Shown here one piece after another: positions 15,285 to 25,099 of a stretch of DNA of 37,600 bases; position 1 is the first letter of the stretch, and each line of letters opens with the position of its first letter. The stretch lies in contig JAKLDX010000001.1 of the NCBI GenBank assembly GCA_022703295.1, positions 1 through 37,600 of the forward strand, written 5' to 3'. Both the position numbers and the translations under genes were made by a program. The stretch is from Candidatus Omnitrophota bacterium. Its GTDB lineage: Bacteria; Omnitrophota; Gorgyraeia; 2-01-FULL-45-10. The notes beneath the pieces were generated by a model. That model was not told the DNA's origin. It did no database searches and saw only the letters and a program-made list of their open reading frames with translations.

Positions 15285-16406
15285 ATGAACAAGAAAAAAA
15301 AGAATAAAATCCCGGAAGAGAACCGGGAAAAATACCGCCAGCTCGTGGAGGGCGTCAACAGCATAATCCTGCGGATGGATGTTAAGGGCAGGATCACTTT
15401 TTTCAATAAATTCGCCGAGAAATTTTTCGGATACAGAGAAAATGAGATATTGGGAAAGAATGTCATCGGCACTATTGTGCCGGAGACCGACAGCGCCGGC
15501 CGCGACCTTAAAGCCATGATAGCGGACATCATGCGCCATCCGAACAAATACACTAATAACGAGAACGAGAACATGATGCGAAACGGCCAGCGCGTGTGGA
15601 TATCCTGGACGAACAGGGCCGCCGCCGGCAAAGGGAAGAACGGCCTGGAGGTGCTGTGTGTCGGCAACGATATAAGTAAGATAAAAAAAGCCGAGGAGCT
15701 GCTGAAAGAGATGGACAGGCGCAAATCCTCTTTCGTCGCCAATGTCTCCCATGAGTTTAAAAACCCACTCAGGACGCTCAGGGAATCCCTGGGCATAATT
15801 CTTGACGGGACCATGGGAGAGGTTGATCCGGGGCAGAGAGAAATGCTCGAAATAGGCAAAAGGAATGCCGACCGCCTGATCCGGCTGGTGATGAATTTAC
15901 TGGATATATCAAAGATCGAAGCAGGCAAGATGAAGTTAAAAATGGATCGGATAAATATTCCGGAGCTTATAGATGAAGTAATCGCGTCAAACAAGGCGGA
16001 TATCGCGAAGAAGCGGCTTATCCTTAAAAAGAATATGCCCGGCAATATCGGCCTTATGCGGGCGGACAGGGACAGGCTCGCCGAAGTCATAATCAACCTC
16101 CTGACTAACGCGGTAAAGTATACGCCTGCGGGCGGTGTTATCGCTGTCACGCTTTCGGGAAACGCAAAAGAAGTGCGTTTCGAAATATCCGATAACGGGC
16201 CCGGCATAGCCAAAGAGGATTTTAAAAAATTATTCGATAAATTCGAACGCATCACAGCCGAAAGGGAAGAAGGGACCGGGCTGGGGCTGTCGATAGCCAG
16301 GGACATTATAGAGCTTCACCGCGGGAAGATCTGGGTTGAAAGCGAATTCGGCAAAGGGAGCAAGTTTATTTTTACGCTGCCGAGGGATTGCGGTAAGAAA
16401 GGATGA
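15285..16406 (+). CDS. PAS-domain sensor histidine kinase (no cognate response regulator adjacent)
   Basis: PAS-like N-terminus (ITFFNKFAEKFFGYRENEILGKNV...). H-box SHEFKNPL, N-box LTNAVKYT, G1 DNGPGI and G2 GTGLGL. Confidence 0.9.
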   Translation: MNKKKKNKIPEENREKYRQLVEGVNSIILRMDVKGRITFFNKFAEKFFGYRENEILGKNVIGTIVPETDSAGRDLKAMIADIMRHPNKYTNNENENMMRNGQRVWISWTNRAAAGKGKNGLEVLCVGNDISKIKKAEELLKEMDRRKSSFVANVSHEFKNPLRTLRESLGIILDGTMGEVDPGQREMLEIGKRNADRLIRLVMNLLDISKIEAGKMKLKMDRINIPELIDEVIASNKADIAKKRLILKKNMPGNIGLMRADRDRLAEVIINLLTNAVKYTPAGGVIAVTLSGNAKEVRFEISDNGPGIAKEDFKKLFDKFERITAEREEGTGLGLSIARDIIELHRGKIWVESEFGKGSKFIFTLPRDCGKKG

Positions 16407-16415
16407 CTGGGGGCT

Positions 16416-17417
16416 ATGTCAGAATTAAGGCATAATATAGCGACGGGGGACTGGGTCATATTTTCCACAGCCCGGGCCAGGCGCCCCCATGACTTTGCGC
16501 AGGCAAAAAAAGAGATTAAGGCCATTCCGGAACATAAAGCCGATTGTCCTTTCTGCCCGGGCAACGAGAAGATGGCAGGGACGGAACTATTCAGGATAGG
16601 CGATGAAGGGAGCTGGAGGGTCCGCAGCGTGCCGAACCGTTTTCCGGCACTGTCTCCGGACGAGAATATAGCCAGGAAGAGCGACGGCTTTTATACATCA
16701 ATGGGAGGTTTCGGGCATCACGAAGTTATCATAGAAAGCCCCCGGCACAATACGTGCATAGCGCTTATGAACAATGAAGAGGCAGAGGACATAATTCGTG
16801 CCTATGTTAACCGTTACGCGGTGCTTCATAAAATACCCGGCATAGAAAATGTGACCCTGTTTAAAAATCACGGCCCGATGGCCGGATGTTCGCTCGAACA
16901 TCCGCATTCACAAGTTGTAGCCGGCCCCATCACCCCTCCGCACCTGCGCAATCGTATCGCGCAGGCAGTGAATTATTTCGAAATGACAGGAACTTGCGTT
17001 TATTGTAAGATGATAGAAAAGGAGCTGGAAGCGGATACGAGGGTCCTGTTGGATACGGGCAAGTTCATATCTTTTCTGCCATTCGCGGGCATATTGCCTT
17101 TTACCGTATGGATCATTCCGCGCAGGCACTTGTCCAGCTTTGCCGATATGGAAGAGTCCGAGATCAAGGACCTGGCGTATATATTAAAATATACCCTCGA
17201 AAAACTTTATTACGGCTTGTCCGATCCGGATTTTAACCTCACGATACGCTCTATTTCAGCCCTCGCCGAGAACGCAAAATTTTTTCACTGGTATATGAGC
17301 ATCATTCCGCGCCTGAGCGAGCCTGGCGGTTTCGAAATGGGCACGGCGATGGCCATAAATACGGCCATGCCCGAAGCGAGCGCAGAATTTTTACGCCGGG
17401 TGAAATGCGGCGTGTAA
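16416..17417 (+). CDS. galT: Galactose-1-phosphate uridylyltransferase-like HIT-superfamily nucleotidyltransferase
   Basis: 333 aa. Zinc-knuckle CPFCPGNE, NRFPAL, and the active-site HPHSQ (the H-x-H-x-Q of the GalT branch). Confidence 0.7.
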   Translation: MSELRHNIATGDWVIFSTARARRPHDFAQAKKEIKAIPEHKADCPFCPGNEKMAGTELFRIGDEGSWRVRSVPNRFPALSPDENIARKSDGFYTSMGGFGHHEVIIESPRHNTCIALMNNEEAEDIIRAYVNRYAVLHKIPGIENVTLFKNHGPMAGCSLEHPHSQVVAGPITPPHLRNRIAQAVNYFEMTGTCVYCKMIEKELEADTRVLLDTGKFISFLPFAGILPFTVWIIPRRHLSSFADMEESEIKDLAYILKYTLEKLYYGLSDPDFNLTIRSISALAENAKFFHWYMSIIPRLSEPGGFEMGTAMAINTAMPEASAEFLRRVKCGV

Positions 17418-17504
17418 AAAAATCGCGCTGCGGGATTTGAGATATTGACAGAGACTAACGGGAGCGGAAACGATAGATGTAAACGGCCTGCTAAGGGAGG
17501 TGGT

Positions 17505-18200
17505 ATGAACAAAAAATATCAACAAGCTGCTTTTCTTATAATATTTTTGACAATTACCGCTATTTTTTCGTCCGCACATGCCCAACAGCAGGAAAAGAAA
17601 TCCGACGTCCTGATGATCGCCGTCGGTATGCCTAAAGAAAATATTTACGCTGTTTACCCGGCACAATACCAGCTTAAAGATTATGTGAAAGGCGGCGTGG
17701 AGGTAATTGTTTTCAATGATTACCTTACCTCTAATAAGGGAGACACTATCACTTTTTATTTGAAAGACGGCAAGGTGTATTGGTGGGATAAGGTTCAGGG
17801 GCCAAAAACGAACATATCTTCCGAAGATCAAAAAATTTACACAGGCATGACAAAGGAAAAGCTCTATCAGGCTTATCCTGCCAGATACCAGATCCAGTGT
17901 TATGAAAAGGGAAATATGGAAGTTATCATGTTCGACGATTATCTTACAAAAGACATCGGCGACACGATCACATTTTACCTTAAGGACGGTAAAGTGGACT
18001 GGTGGGACAAGGTCCAGGTAAACGCAACGCCTGAAGACAGGCTCGCGGCTGTTCTGAACCGCACTGCGCACGCTCAGCCGGGCCTTTCGCCGGATGACAG
18101 CAGTTTAATAAGGACCGTGGGAGGGATTAAGGAAGGCAGGCATCTGGACAATATGGGCGCCGGGATAGGCACGCTTAAGCGATATTTAAAAGAGAGGTAA
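17505..18200 (+). CDS. Secreted protein with two tandem ~58-aa BamE/SmpA_OmlA-like repeats
   Basis: ATG 17505 follows AAGGGAGG. Signal peptide AAFLIIFLTITAIFSSAHA. The repeat GM[PT]KE..Y..YPA.YQ...Y.KG..EVI.F.DYLT...GDTITFYLKDGKV.WWDKVQ occurs twice (nt 17625-17798 and 17844-18017). Confidence 0.6.
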   Translation: MNKKYQQAAFLIIFLTITAIFSSAHAQQQEKKSDVLMIAVGMPKENIYAVYPAQYQLKDYVKGGVEVIVFNDYLTSNKGDTITFYLKDGKVYWWDKVQGPKTNISSEDQKIYTGMTKEKLYQAYPARYQIQCYEKGNMEVIMFDDYLTKDIGDTITFYLKDGKVDWWDKVQVNATPEDRLAAVLNRTAHAQPGLSPDDSSLIRTVGGIKEGRHLDNMGAGIGTLKRYLKER

Positions 18201-18253
18201 CGCGAAATTCTTATTGATAAAATCGCCTTTTCTATCTAAAATGGCTAATCAGA

Positions 18254-19819
18254 ATGAATAAAATCTCCCGTCAGCTTTTCAGGACAAAAGACCTCAATTC
18301 CATATTATCGGAAAGCCACGATCCGGATAAAAGGCTTAAGAAGGCGCTTGGCGCTTTTGATCTTATCCTGCTCGGCATCGGCGCGATCATCGGCGCGGGT
18401 ATTTTCGCCACAGTCGGCACTGCGGCGGCAGGCGATGCGGTGCGTCCGGGCGCAGGGCCGTCGCTAATACTCTCTTTTGCCATAACGGCCGTAGCGTGCG
18501 GGTTTGCCGCGCTATGTTACGGAGAGCTCGCGGCGCTTGTGCCTATTTCGGGCAGCGCGTACACATATTCCTACGCAAGTTTCGGAGAGCTGGTGGCATG
18601 GATCATCGGGTGGGACCTGATGATAGAGTACGGCGTGGGCAATATAGCCGTTGCGATAAGTTGGTCGGGGTATTTTGTGGAACTCCTCCGCGGCCTGGGC
18701 ATAACGCTTCCCCCCTGGTCTACCATAGATTTCCGCTCGGCGATGCAGGGCTTCGCGAAAGCCACCGAACTTTTAAATAGCGGAGTCTCTTTTGAGCAAT
18801 TAACCCCGGGCCTTCAGCATGCCTGGTCCGCCATTCATGAGGCTCCCCGCATTTTCAACCTGCCGGTCATATGTAATATGCCGGCCTCTTTGATAATAGC
18901 GCTGCTGACGATCGTTCTGGTCATAGGCATAAAAGAGAGTTCCCGTTTCAACGCCGTAATGGTTACGATAAAACTGCTGGTGCTCGGGTTCTTTGTGTTG
19001 GTGGGGGCATTCTATGTGAAACCGCAGAACTGGACGCCGTTCGCCCCGAACGGGTTTGCCGGGATACGCGCAGGCGCGGCAATAGTATTTTTTGCTTACA
19101 TAGGATTCGACGCGGTATCCACGGTTGCCGAAGAAACCAAGAACCCCAGAAGAGATATGCCGATAGGCATAATAGGATCGCTTGTCATCTGCACGGTCAT
19201 CTATATTATAGTAGCGGCCGTTTTTACGGGACTGGTGCCGTATCCTCTTCTGAAAGGTTCTCTTGCCCACCAGAAAGCGGAACCGCTTACCCTCGCCATG
19301 CAGTATGTAAATCTTAATTGGGCGGCAGGCATAGTGGCCCTGGGCTCCATAATAGCGCACACCGCCGTTCTTCTGGTGCTACAGCTCGGACAGGCGAGGA
19401 TATTTTTCTCTATGTCGCGGGACGGGCTTTTGCCCGGGGTCTTTTCGCGTGTTCACAAAAAGTTCAAGACGCCGCACATAAATACTATTATAATAGGTGT
19501 CACGGTGGCGATCTTTGCCTCGATAACCAATATCGACGAAATGGTGGACCTCACGAATATAGGGACGCTGTTTGCTTTTATGCTGGTATGTCTGGGAGTT
19601 ATAGTCTTGCGGATAAAAGAGCCTCACAGGCACCGGGCGTTCAAGGTCCCGTTCAATCCTATCGTACCGCTCTTAGGGGTGGGGTCCTGCGCTTTTCTCA
19701 TGACCGGCCTGCCGGCCGTAACGTGGATCAGGTTCATGATATGGCTTTTGATAGGTCTTATAATTTATTTTTCTTACAGCATTAACCACAGCCTTCTTCA
19801 TCCAAAGAACAGGGCGTGA
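18254..19819 (+). CDS. APC-superfamily amino acid permease (cationic amino acid transporter-like)
   Basis: 521 aa with ~13-14 TM segments. N-terminal signature LKKALGAFDLILLGIGAIIGAGIF and FFAYIGFDAVSTVAEETKNP. Confidence 0.85.
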   Translation: MNKISRQLFRTKDLNSILSESHDPDKRLKKALGAFDLILLGIGAIIGAGIFATVGTAAAGDAVRPGAGPSLILSFAITAVACGFAALCYGELAALVPISGSAYTYSYASFGELVAWIIGWDLMIEYGVGNIAVAISWSGYFVELLRGLGITLPPWSTIDFRSAMQGFAKATELLNSGVSFEQLTPGLQHAWSAIHEAPRIFNLPVICNMPASLIIALLTIVLVIGIKESSRFNAVMVTIKLLVLGFFVLVGAFYVKPQNWTPFAPNGFAGIRAGAAIVFFAYIGFDAVSTVAEETKNPRRDMPIGIIGSLVICTVIYIIVAAVFTGLVPYPLLKGSLAHQKAEPLTLAMQYVNLNWAAGIVALGSIIAHTAVLLVLQLGQARIFFSMSRDGLLPGVFSRVHKKFKTPHINTIIIGVTVAIFASITNIDEMVDLTNIGTLFAFMLVCLGVIVLRIKEPHRHRAFKVPFNPIVPLLGVGSCAFLMTGLPAVTWIRFMIWLLIGLIIYFSYSINHSLLHPKNRA

Positions 19820-19821
19820 AA

Positions 19822-20610
19822 ATGGCGATAAAAAATATATTTAAAAAAGCAAAGAACTCTTCGGGGAAGACGTTTAAACACAGCGGAAACCTCGGCGATA
19901 TAATTTTCAGTCTGCCCACAATAATAGCGCTGGGCGGCGGCAAGCTGTATCTGTCGAACAAAACACCGGGCGTCGAAACGAGGAAGTTTACGGATGATAT
20001 GCTGGAGCAGATGATAGAGTTGTTGAAGACCCAAAGCTATCTGTCGGATGTCTGCCGGTACAACGGAGAGGATATAGATTACAATCTGGATAAATTCAGG
20101 GAGATATTCGCATGCTATGATCACATAGCGAGATGGCATCTGAAGGCCTTTAACGCGCAGTTCGACCTGACAAGGGCGTGGCTTGAGAATATCAAGCCCA
20201 TCAGGACGCGCGATATAGTTATAAACGACACCCGCAGGGAAGGCGATGTGGCGCTCGACTGGCCTATCCTGTCTAAATACGAAGACATGTGCGTTTTCGC
20301 CGGGTTCGAGCACGAATATAACGGATTTATAAAAAGCTGGAGCCTGAATATCCCGAGGCATCCCACCAAGACCATACTGGAATTTGCCGGGGTGATAAAG
20401 GGCGCTAAGCTGTTCATAGGAAATCAGTCGCTGGGTTTCGCGCTGGCGGAGGCGATGAAGGTCCCGCGGATATTAAAAGTCCATCATCATTGCCCCAGCT
20501 GCATGCCACTATCGGAAAACGCGCGTATAATCCTTACGGAAAAGATCCTGAAACACACCTTCGGCATAAAGAAAAATTTTTTATCGTCCGTTAAATTGCC
20601 AAGATTTTAA
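19822..20610 (+). CDS. Hypothetical protein with GT9 (heptosyltransferase)-like motifs
   Basis: The ORF is open from GTG 19816, which overlaps the permease stop. GNLGDIIFSLPTIIAL and the C-terminal ILEFAGVIKGAKLFIGNQSLGFALAEAMKVP resemble GT9 patterns. The protein is shorter than canonical GT9 enzymes. Confidence 0.35.
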   Translation: MAIKNIFKKAKNSSGKTFKHSGNLGDIIFSLPTIIALGGGKLYLSNKTPGVETRKFTDDMLEQMIELLKTQSYLSDVCRYNGEDIDYNLDKFREIFACYDHIARWHLKAFNAQFDLTRAWLENIKPIRTRDIVINDTRREGDVALDWPILSKYEDMCVFAGFEHEYNGFIKSWSLNIPRHPTKTILEFAGVIKGAKLFIGNQSLGFALAEAMKVPRILKVHHHCPSCMPLSENARIILTEKILKHTFGIKKNFLSSVKLPRF

Positions 20611-20625
20611 AGTTGTGATATACTT

Positions 20626-22083
20626 TTGGCAATGATAAAATTCAAAAATAAAATTTTAGTGATAGGATTCGGCTCTGTCGGTAAATGCGTCCTGCCGGTC
20701 CTCCTGAAACATATCGACATCCCTACCAAAAACATTACGATCGTAGATTTCGCCGATAAGCGCGAGGACTTAAGGCACTGGATAAAGAAGGGAATAAGGT
20801 ATTCTCAGGAAAAAATCACCCCGCTCAACATAACCAAGATCCTGTCCAAATACGTATCCCCCGGAGGTATCGTACTCGACGTTTCGTGGAATATAGAATG
20901 CCTGGACATGCTTAATTGGTGCCATAGTAATAAGGTCCTGTATGTTAATACCTCAGTGGAAGAATGGGACCCTTACGCCGCGATCCACAATAAGAGCCCG
21001 TTTAAAAAATCTTTATATTACAAGCAGATGGAAATACGCAAGATGGTCGCGAAATGGAATAACGGCTGCATCACGGCTGTGCTTGACCATGGCGCGAACC
21101 CGGGGCTCATATCGCATTTTACAAAAAAGGCGATTTACGACATAGCGAAAAAGGTGTTAAAGGAGAAAACGACACCGAAGAAGGACAAAAAAAATATTGA
21201 AAGGCTTATCCGGCAGAAAAGCGTCGCGGACCTCGCAATGAAACTCGGCGTAAAGGTGATACATTGCAGCGAGCGCGATACTCAGATAACGGACAGGCCG
21301 AAAGAGGTTGACGAATTCGTCGGGACGTGGAGTATCGAGGGCCTTCGCGAAGAGGGGACCGCGCCGGCGGAAATAGGCTGGGGCACTCACGAAAAAGAGC
21401 TCCCGAGATACTCAAATAAACCGCCTTACGGCCCCAAGAACCAGATCTTCCTTTCCCAAATGGGGATGAATACGTGGGTCAGGTCATGGGTGCCGTATTA
21501 TGAAATAGTAGGGATGGTGATACGGCACGCAGAGGCATTTTCGATCTCCGATTACCTGACCGTATGGCAGGGCAGCAAGGTATCATACAGGCCCACGGTC
21601 CACTATGTATACATGCCGTGCGACGAGACGCTGTCATCGCTGCATGAGCTGCGGTCGCGTAATTATGAGCTTCAGACAAAACAGAGAATAATGGGCGATG
21701 AAATAATAAAAGGGGAAGATATATTAGGTGCGCTTGTGATGGGGCACAAATATAATTCCTGGTGGACGGGCAGCGTCCTTAGCATAGGCGAATCCAGGGC
21801 CCTCGTCCCCCACCAGAATGCCACCACAGTGCAGGTCGCCATAGGCGTAGTATCGGCCGTGATGTGGGCGATAGAAAACCCCTCCAGGGGCATATGCCTT
21901 CCGGACAGCCTGCCACATGACTACGTGCTGAAGATCGCGAAGCCGTATCTGGGAAAGCTTGTATCGGAACCTTCGGACTGGACACCGTTCAGGAATTATC
22001 AGCCGTTCTTTAAAGAGAACCCGTCTTCATATCTTGATAAGAAAAATCCGTGGTGTTTCAAGAATTTCCGTTTCAGGCATTAA
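20626..22083 (+). CDS. hss: Homospermidine synthase
   Basis: Long collinear motif matches to bacterial HSS as I recall it: VIGFGSVGK..LPVLL, DHGANPGLISHF, IHCSERDTQ, WSIEGL.EEG..PAEIGWGTHE, YRPTVHYVY.PCD...SLHEL, QNATT.QV...V.SAV.WA.ENP, PYLG......DWTP. The start is TTG 20626 or ATG 20632. Confidence 0.88.
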   Translation: MAMIKFKNKILVIGFGSVGKCVLPVLLKHIDIPTKNITIVDFADKREDLRHWIKKGIRYSQEKITPLNITKILSKYVSPGGIVLDVSWNIECLDMLNWCHSNKVLYVNTSVEEWDPYAAIHNKSPFKKSLYYKQMEIRKMVAKWNNGCITAVLDHGANPGLISHFTKKAIYDIAKKVLKEKTTPKKDKKNIERLIRQKSVADLAMKLGVKVIHCSERDTQITDRPKEVDEFVGTWSIEGLREEGTAPAEIGWGTHEKELPRYSNKPPYGPKNQIFLSQMGMNTWVRSWVPYYEIVGMVIRHAEAFSISDYLTVWQGSKVSYRPTVHYVYMPCDETLSSLHELRSRNYELQTKQRIMGDEIIKGEDILGALVMGHKYNSWWTGSVLSIGESRALVPHQNATTVQVAIGVVSAVMWAIENPSRGICLPDSLPHDYVLKIAKPYLGKLVSEPSDWTPFRNYQPFFKENPSSYLDKKNPWCFKNFRFRH

Positions 22084-22099
22084 AAAATATCCGCCCTAT

Positions 22100-22594
22100 A
22101 TGAACGGACGCGCTCCAATTCAAAAAAATAATCTCATAAATCGTATCGTCAGGTTTTTCAGGGTTGTCCATCTGAAGCTTTTCAGGATAAATGACACCCC
22201 CCAGAAGATAGCAATAGGCGTAGGCCTCGGCGTCTTCTCAGGCGTTATGCCCGGCATGGGGCCGCTCGCGGCGCTATTCTTTGCTTTTTTATTCAGGGTC
22301 AACAGGGCTGCGGCCTTACTGGGCAGCATCCTTACCAATACGTGGCTCAGCATCCCGACCTTCATTTTATCAGTAAGGGCCGGCGCTTATATAACCGGTA
22401 CCAGATATGAAGATATCAACCGCGCGTGGCATGAGCTTATAGATAAATTCAGCTGGAAAAGTTTATTCGAAGTATCGATATACAATGTTATAATGCCGGT
22501 GGTTATAGGATATGTCGCGATCGGCCTGGTGATAGGCGCGCTGGCTTATCTGGCTACGCTTTTAGTGGTGAACAGGAAAAAGCTGACGGCGTAA
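22100..22594 (+). CDS. DUF2062-family membrane protein
   Basis: ATG 22100; the longer ORF from 21959 overlaps hss. PQKIAIGVGLGVFSGVMPGMGPLAALFFAFLFRVNRAAALLGSILTNTW is the typical DUF2062 core. Confidence 0.7.
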   Translation: MNGRAPIQKNNLINRIVRFFRVVHLKLFRINDTPQKIAIGVGLGVFSGVMPGMGPLAALFFAFLFRVNRAAALLGSILTNTWLSIPTFILSVRAGAYITGTRYEDINRAWHELIDKFSWKSLFEVSIYNVIMPVVIGYVAIGLVIGALAYLATLLVVNRKKLTA

Positions 22595-24346
22595 GCCGTA
22601 TATTTTTCTCAGGGACTCCAGGAATATTACCACGACGAGCGCTATCATTATTACGGAAAGGGCCGCATTAAGATTGCCCTGGAACGTATGTTTCGGAAGA
22701 TAATTATCCGTAACGTTCAATATTCCGGCGACTACCGTTGTAACGAACATAAAAATCGACGGCAGGAAAGTTATCAGGCCGTAACGCCATTTCTTAGTCT
22801 TCCTTAATATATATAGCGTTCCTACGGATAGCGCGAGCGTAGCCAGGAGCTGGTTCGCCACGCCGAACATCGGCCAGATGGTCGAAATATCGCCGTTGTA
22901 CACAAGATAACCCCACAAAAAACTTATGATCGCGCCGCTCAGGATTATCCCGGGCAATTTATCCCCGCCGCGCCATCTGGGCCTGGCCGACTTTATTAGC
23001 TCCTGGAATATATAACGGGCTACGCGTGTCCCGGTATCTACGGTCGTCAGAATAAATAACGCCTCGAACATTATGGCGAAATGATACCAGTACCCCATGA
23101 GGTGCTTCATGCCGGGTATCGCTGATAGTATTACCGACATGCCGGCGGCAAGCGATACGGCGCCTCCGGCCCTGCCTGATAAAGTCTCGCCGGTCATCCT
23201 TTCGATCTCTGCCAGGTGCGTTGTGCTCAGGCCGAGCTTGCTGAATATGTCAACCGGGACATTGATAGCGAAATAATCTCCGGGCAGAAGTACCGTAGCG
23301 GCTATAAGTGCCATAATCGAAACGACAGCTTCTGTCAACATGGCGCCGAAGCCTATCATCCTTATGTCCGACTCTTTATTTATCATCTTCGGAGTGGTCC
23401 CCGAAGCGACAAGCGAATGGAATCCGCTTATAGCGCCGCAGGCGATAGTTATGCATACGAACGGCCAGACCTTGCCGGGTATTATAGGGCCGCCGCCTTT
23501 AACGTACTCGGTTACTGCCGGCATCTGGATGTGCGGGTTCACAATGAATATGCCGATGGCCAAAAGGGCTATGGTGCCGAGCTTCATGTATGAGCTTAAG
23601 TAATCGCGGGGGCATAGGAGTAGCCACACAGGCAGAGTTGATGCGATGAAACCGTATACCGGCAATATGATCGAAAGGGCCGGTTTCGATAGCAGGAAAA
23701 AATTTCCGAAGGCTGTTTTGGAAATAGGTTCGCCCAAGACTACTCCGGCAATCACTATGACGACGCCTATCAAAGACGCCTCTACGATCTTGCCCGGCCT
23801 TAATTTATACATATAAAGGGCCACTATCAGCGCGGCCGGAATGGTTATGACGATCGTAAAAGTTGCCCAGGAACTTTCATTTAAGGCATTCACCACGACG
23901 AGTGCCAGGCCTGCCAGCGCCGTTACTATTATGAAGATTACGGCAAATCCCGTGATGAGCCCGGCTACCGGGCTTATGTTCTTTCTGGCGAGCCTTGTGA
24001 GCGAAAGCCCCTTTGTCCTTACCGAGGCGAATAGTATGACGATATCGTGGACGGCCCCGCCAAGGACGGCGCCTATCAGTATCCAGAGGAACCCGGGCAG
24101 ATACCCGAACTGCGCTGCCAGGACCGGGCCGACGAGCGGGCCTGCCCCTGAAATGGCCGCGAAGTGGTGCCCGAACAGGACGTATCTATTTGTGGGGTGG
24201 TAGTCCCTGCCGTCCTTGAATTTATGCGCCGGCGTCTTCATCCGATCATCGGCGACGAGGACCTTAGCTATGATGAATTTCGCGTAAAAACGGTAAGCGA
24301 GAGCGAATACCAGCAAGCTTGTTATTATTAAGGTAAGCGCGTGCAT
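22562..24346 (-). CDS. cstA: Carbon starvation protein A (CstA-family peptide/pyruvate transporter)
   Basis: 594 aa. The N-terminus YRFYAKFIIAKVL..DD...TPAH...DG.DY.PT...VLFGHHFAAISGAGPLVGPVLAAQFGYLPG is diagnostic. Its 3' end overlaps the convergent DUF2062 gene by 33 nt. Confidence 0.9.
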   Translation of the reverse strand: MHALTLIITSLLVFALAYRFYAKFIIAKVLVADDRMKTPAHKFKDGRDYHPTNRYVLFGHHFAAISGAGPLVGPVLAAQFGYLPGFLWILIGAVLGGAVHDIVILFASVRTKGLSLTRLARKNISPVAGLITGFAVIFIIVTALAGLALVVVNALNESSWATFTIVITIPAALIVALYMYKLRPGKIVEASLIGVVIVIAGVVLGEPISKTAFGNFFLLSKPALSIILPVYGFIASTLPVWLLLCPRDYLSSYMKLGTIALLAIGIFIVNPHIQMPAVTEYVKGGGPIIPGKVWPFVCITIACGAISGFHSLVASGTTPKMINKESDIRMIGFGAMLTEAVVSIMALIAATVLLPGDYFAINVPVDIFSKLGLSTTHLAEIERMTGETLSGRAGGAVSLAAGMSVILSAIPGMKHLMGYWYHFAIMFEALFILTTVDTGTRVARYIFQELIKSARPRWRGGDKLPGIILSGAIISFLWGYLVYNGDISTIWPMFGVANQLLATLALSVGTLYILRKTKKWRYGLITFLPSIFMFVTTVVAGILNVTDNYLPKHTFQGNLNAALSVIMIALVVVIFLESLRKIYGLRRQLFPVHH

Positions 24347-24402
24347 GTGATAAAGTGTATTGCACCGTCACGGATTTGTCAAATAGTTTCCGGTTTAGTT
24401 AA

Positions 24403-24431
24403 TTGACAACCATATAGACATCATCTATAAT
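24403..24431 (+). promoter_or_regulatory. Consensus sigma70-type promoter (TTGACA - 17 nt - TATAAT) upstream of the dedA operon
   Basis: TTGACA at 24403-24408 and TATAAT at 24426-24431, with an exact 17-nt spacer, 27 nt upstream of ATG 24458. Confidence 0.6.
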
Positions 24432-24457
24432 CTAATTATCCTGAAAAGAGAGGCGGA

Positions 24458-25099
24458 ATGGAAATAATAAAGAACATAATCGACTTTGTGCTGCATATTG
24501 ACAAACACCTCAGTGTAATTATACAGAATTTCGGCGCATGGACGTATCTTTTGCTGTTTGGCATCATATTTGCCGAGACGGGATTAGTGATCACGCCGTT
24601 CCTGCCGGGCGACTCGCTGCTTTTTGCGGTCGGCGCTTTTGCCGCTGTGGGGTCCTTTGATATCGTCTGGGTATTTGTTATTTTGGCCGCCGCGGCCATC
24701 ATAGGCGACAGCGTGAATTACGCTATAGGCAAAGTCCTGGGTGAAAGGTTGATGCAAATAGCGAACGGCCGCCTGATAAAGAAAGAATACATCGAGAAGA
24801 CGCATAAATTTTATGAAAAATACGGCGGCAAGACGATAGTGATAGCGAGGTTTGTCCCGATAGTCCGGACATTCGCGCCGTTCGTAGCGGGCATAGGCAA
24901 GATGAGATACCTGTATTTTTTCTCCTATAATGTGATAGGCGGCCTGCTGTGGGTCGCTATATTTGTTTTCGGAGGTTTCTATTTCGGGAACATCCCCATA
25001 GTGAAGAAAAATTTCACCCTTGTCATATTTATCATAGTAGTGCTTTCGATAATGCCTCCCATAATAGAAGTTTGGAGACACCGCAAAAAGGCGCAGTAG
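24458..25099 (+). CDS. dedA: DedA-family (SNARE-associated / VTT domain) membrane protein
   Basis: LLFGIIFAETGLVITPFLPGDSLLFAVGAFAA ... IARFVPIVRTFAPFVAGIGKM are the DedA signatures. Confidence 0.85.
   Translation: MEIIKNIIDFVLHIDKHLSVIIQNFGAWTYLLLFGIIFAETGLVITPFLPGDSLLFAVGAFAAVGSFDIVWVFVILAAAAIIGDSVNYAIGKVLGERLMQIANGRLIKKEYIEKTHKFYEKYGGKTIVIARFVPIVRTFAPFVAGIGKMRYLYFFSYNVIGGLLWVAIFVFGGFYFGNIPIVKKNFTLVIFIIVVLSIMPPIIEVWRHRKKAQ

Noticed and set aside
15251-16306. Very long antisense ORFs: 351 aa here, plus 14314-15114, 17391-18071, 10354-10935, 11657-12331, 32649-33251 and 35523-36077
   Set aside because: Each lies fully opposite a gene with strong, recognisable motifs (histidine kinase, SYLF, hydrogenase subunits and others). 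Each translates to low-complexity Ser/Leu/Ile/Pro/Arg-rich sequence without motifs. They are classic shadow ORFs.
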